Below, one piece after another: positions 57,566-58,305 of a stretch of DNA of 58,305 nt. Made by a program: the position numbers and the translations under genes. The DNA is taken from NCBI GenBank assembly GCA_051942205.1, contig JAVECO010000152.1, positions 1 to 58,305 on the forward strand, given 5' to 3'. The DNA is from Coniocarpon cinnabarinum. Lineage: Eukaryota. The notes beneath the pieces were generated by a model. That model was not told the DNA's origin. It was given only the letters and a program-made list of their open reading frames with translations, and ran no database searches. Position 1 is the first letter of the stretch; each line of letters begins with the position of its first letter.

Positions 57566-58035
57566 GAAAGCCAAAGCCAAAGCCAAAGCCAACACAAATA
57601 TCGCAGACTTCAACCATGTACCTCTTCAGCCATGTATCTTCGCTCCGAGTTTTCGTTCGAGACCTCCATCCTGAAGCTTGGATGTCCAGTAACATGAATG
57701 CATCGCCTAGGGCTTGTTCGTTCCTTCGTTCCCCGCATCCCCGCCTCCCTTGAGGTTTCATCATTGTCTTGATCACACTATGAGCGCAGATAGTTTTCGG
57801 GATCAAAGTGTGAGTCTGGAAAATGTCTTTTTTTGACTGATGAGACGTGTAGACCAGAAGCATTACCGATCGCTCCCTTGACGTGGCCTCTAGATCACCG
57901 CATAAGTCACCATCAGCTCCCACCATCGTTTACGATCCAACCATGCACTTACGAGTGTCAAGAAAGTGCACCTCCCGCATAGCCACCACTCTAATCATAG
58001 CTACGACTTACGACTTACAACCTACAACTTACGAA
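57566..58035. repeat. Microsatellites: (AAAGCC)4 near 57567-57590 and a 7-bp cttacga-like unit x5 near 58000-58035
   Basis: Read directly from the sequence. Confidence 0.7.
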
Positions 58036-58305
58036 TTTTTTTCCCTCATTGACAGAATCAGACATTTGCTTCAGAAATGTGGGTATGTCCCATTCCAGTC
58101 CGCATTAGACATAAGTATGTAACAGTGCACGCACAGAATCAAATACAATGCTCGCACAGTGGGAGCGCAACGACCACAGCATTCACAGTGCACCGATGCT
58201 TCACCTAATTAAACTATGCCATCTCGTGAGCTTTTCTTGTGTCCTTCTCTCCTTCTTCTTCAACATCCAAATCTTTCCTCCAACTATCCCCACCCTCCCT
58301 ACAAC

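Overview
Eukaryotic nuclear DNA from a filamentous ascomycete (Pezizomycotina; inferred from GT-AG introns of about 50-70 nt with CTRAC-like branch points and fungal gene families). The window is gene-dense, with about 29 genes between 3.9 and 57.5 kb. Most are recognisable housekeeping genes: GUT2, PTC5-like PP2C, CCZ1, BCAT, UBC9, PEX19, ABC1/ADCK kinase, a PPR protein, FOL3, NOP15, SMN1, GRX5, PPCDC, MRPL40/uL24m, ALG14 and IMA1. These are mixed with small accessory enzymes (SRPBCC, SnoaL-like, GNAT, Baeyer-Villiger monooxygenase, class II aldolase-like) and several orphan ORFs. Two non-autonomous foldback DNA transposons with visible target-site duplications and RIP-like transition damage sit in divergent promoter regions: a Mutator-like element at 6654-7222 and a Tc1/mariner-like element at 22905-23412. 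The first 3.3 kb contains no recognisable gene and is a patchwork of degenerate repeats (111-bp, about 75-bp and 12-bp periods). I found no CRISPR array, rRNA or convincing tRNA. I cannot support a clear novel multi-gene system. The best leads are the two MITEs, the repeat patchwork, an SMN1 with an unexplained insertion, a GC-AG intron in GRX5 and small accessory gene pairs. All gene models were spliced by eye and no database search was run.
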